NCBI GenBank assembly: GCA_019232935.1
Contig: JAFAMZ010000013.1
Location: 1 to 48,544 of the forward strand
DNA: 48,544 nucleotides
Origin: Silvibacterium sp.
GTDB taxonomy: Bacteria; Acidobacteriota; Terriglobia; Terriglobales; Acidobacteriaceae
Reading direction: 5' to 3'
The translations under genes and the position numbers were made by a program. This document shows positions 47,801 to 48,544 of the stretch, one piece after another (within the stretch, counting starts at the first letter, position 1; each line of letters opens with the position of its first letter). Under the pieces are notes generated by a model. It was not told where the DNA came from, made no database searches, and saw nothing but the letters and a program-made list of their open reading frames with translations.

Positions 47801-48544
47801 CGAACGGGGTCGATGCCTGCTCATAGATCACGTCTTTCAGCTTGGCCTCACGGGCATCCACAGCCAGGGAGCTGAGGTCTTCGCGTTCGAGCGGAAGGGG
47901 GATGCCGGCCGGGATGTGTACCGTTTCACCATCCTCGCGGATCACCGCGCGAAGCGCTTCGTGCCTCGCCACAATCTTCTCGAGACTGCCAAGGAACGCC
48001 GCTTCGTTGAGCTCTCCGGTGAGGCGCAGAGAGGTGCCTTCGTTGAAGGCGCAATTGGCTTCATCGCCAAGCTGCGTGCCGAAGAGAATCTCGCGCTGCG
48101 GCTCGGTGATGGGAATGTCGCGGTCGACAGGTGCTGACAGCGGATCGGGCGCAGCGGTCTTCTCTGGCGAGGTCGACGCTGTGCTCGCATCCCCGTGTCC
48201 AATCGCCTGCCCGGCGATCATCTCTTTCAGACTCGACCGGAAGGCCTCGCGCACAAAGTTCAGATCGTCGTCGGTGTGCGCCGTCGTCAGGAAGCAGGGG
48301 AAGCCTTCCTGGATGTGAATGCCCTTTTCGCGCAGATGGTAGTAGAGCATGCGCGCGAGCTTCGGCTCGGCAGGAGCGCTCATGAAAAACCACGACGAGA
48401 AGGTCTCGATCGTCGTCGGATATGAGAACTCTCGGAACATCGCGTTCAGGTCGCCGACCATTCCTGCGGTCTTTGCCGCAAGATCGGTCTGCAGCCCCGG
48501 GCCCGACTCTTTGATGTGCTCCAGGCTGGCGCGCACTGCCGCCA
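44889..48544 (-). CDS. Hybrid (PKS-)NRPS, 3' part: class III aminotransferase domain end - C - A (Val-like code) - T; 5' end outside the window
   Basis: Open to the edge; FSSWF..LYYHLREKGIHI.EG.PCFLTTAHT resembles McyE/MycA-type AMT C-termini; HHVIFDG; complete A motifs; T FELGGDSL. Confidence 0.92.
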   Translation of the reverse strand, partial: AAVRASLEHIKESGPGLQTDLAAKTAGMVGDLNAMFREFSYPTTIETFSSWFFMSAPAEPKLARMLYYHLREKGIHIQEGFPCFLTTAHTDDDLNFVREAFRSSLKEMIAGQAIGHGDASTASTSPEKTAAPDPLSAPVDRDIPITEPQREILFGTQLGDEANCAFNEGTSLRLTGELNEAAFLGSLEKIVARHEALRAVIREDGETVHIPAGIPLPLEREDLSSLAVDAREAKLKDVIYEQASTPFDLQHGPLFRVLLVKLAPAEHVFIFTAHHVIFDGWSTNVLYSELAEFYNAAVAGKAASLAAPLAFSKYAAEEHARHASEENSEVETYWLDEFKTLPSVLQLPTDRPRPAMRGNAGASKRFVFPPEFLKAVKKAGAKQGSTLFATLLAGFSQLVHRLSQQDDVVIGIPMAGQSLIENGGSLVGHCVNFLPIRSRFDASQTLAEYFKQARKKLLDAQDHQSYTYGTLLRKLKIERDSSRLPLVEVQFNVETVGAGLKFDGLNIDLAANGKTHVNMDLFFNFIDRGNELWLDVDYNTGLFDEPTIERWRGHLESILQAFIDNAAQPAGQVSLLTVAQRNELLYEWNQTTTEYPRASSIHRVFEQQARSTPGAVALTFGQQSLTYAELNEKANQLAQFLGKSGVKPGMRVAICLDRSLEVIVGLLAILKAGAAYVPVDASYPASRLSFLVEDSQAQSLLTTRSIATTLPKLATNIICLDADWAAIALESGADPVHSGGPEELAYVMYTSGSTGNPKGVLVPHRAVLRLVKNNSFASFRPEEVFLQLAPLSFDAATFEIWGALLNGGRLVVAPAGRVTPEDIGAIILGNGITTIWLTAALFHLMVTNHLESLRPLRQLLAGGDVLSVTHVRRVLEELPHLRLINGYGPTENTTFTCCHTITLDSLTSGTVPIGRPIGNTRIYIVDSAMQPVPVGVTGELFAGGDGVSLGYLNGPELTAEKFITHTFAPGLTERLYRTGDLARYRADGTVEFLGRADTQVKVRGYRIELAEIEYALERSPLVRAAVACVRTDWKTEHDAPGDKRLAAYVIPEGAGDTGSLIAELRAWLKTQLPEYMQPAAVMAVESFPRTVNGKVDRRALPAPQPEQLMRERAVVYPRNPQEEKLARIWANVLNLKEVSVEDSIFELGGDSLMIFRINTLANQAGIRMNARHIFQYKTIAAICAQIEEKSDDRPAATGTTIQPVPRSLHRRPRTVLQ

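Noticed and set aside
564-48425. Many long antisense or alternate-frame ORFs (e.g. 1129-2220, 5442-6491, 30020-30940, 37059-37961, 40822-41913)
   Set aside because: They shadow well-supported genes, lack motifs and are expected from high-GC codon bias
1-48544. CRISPR arrays, IS elements, prophage or defence genes
   Set aside because: No spaced direct-repeat arrays, transposases, integrases or phage genes were recognised

Overview
GC-rich bacterial chromosomal window; gene content (acidobacterial-type TonB, Oar-like receptor, ABC C-tail) suggests Acidobacteriota, which is inference. The left third (1-16.3 kb) is housekeeping and probably origin-proximal: yggX 3' end, tRNA-Pro(GGG), a GH9 enzyme, HU, murQ, parB-parA with two perfect parS palindromes, rsmG, plsC, folC, accD, cobO and rlmH. 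Next come a TonB-dependent receptor and a large secreted Ig/DUF11-like protein. The right half (23.1-48.5 kb, open at the right edge) is the notable part. Surface-polysaccharide genes (Wzx flippase, priming sugar transferase, RmlD-like reductase, Wzy/WaaL-like membrane protein) are interleaved with three Fe(II)/2OG-type oxygenases, a methyltransferase, an ABC exporter, an Sfp PPTase and three NRPS genes. These are an aminotransferase-C-A(Val-like)-T protein and two paralogous T-TE-ending proteins. One of the pair has an intact C and a dead A domain; the other has a C remnant and an intact Gly-like A domain. Both TEs have a Cys nucleophile (GWCxAG). My hypothesis is an assembly line making an amino-acyl-peptide that is transferred to, or co-exported with, a glycan. 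All calls are from motif reading by eye; no database searches were run.
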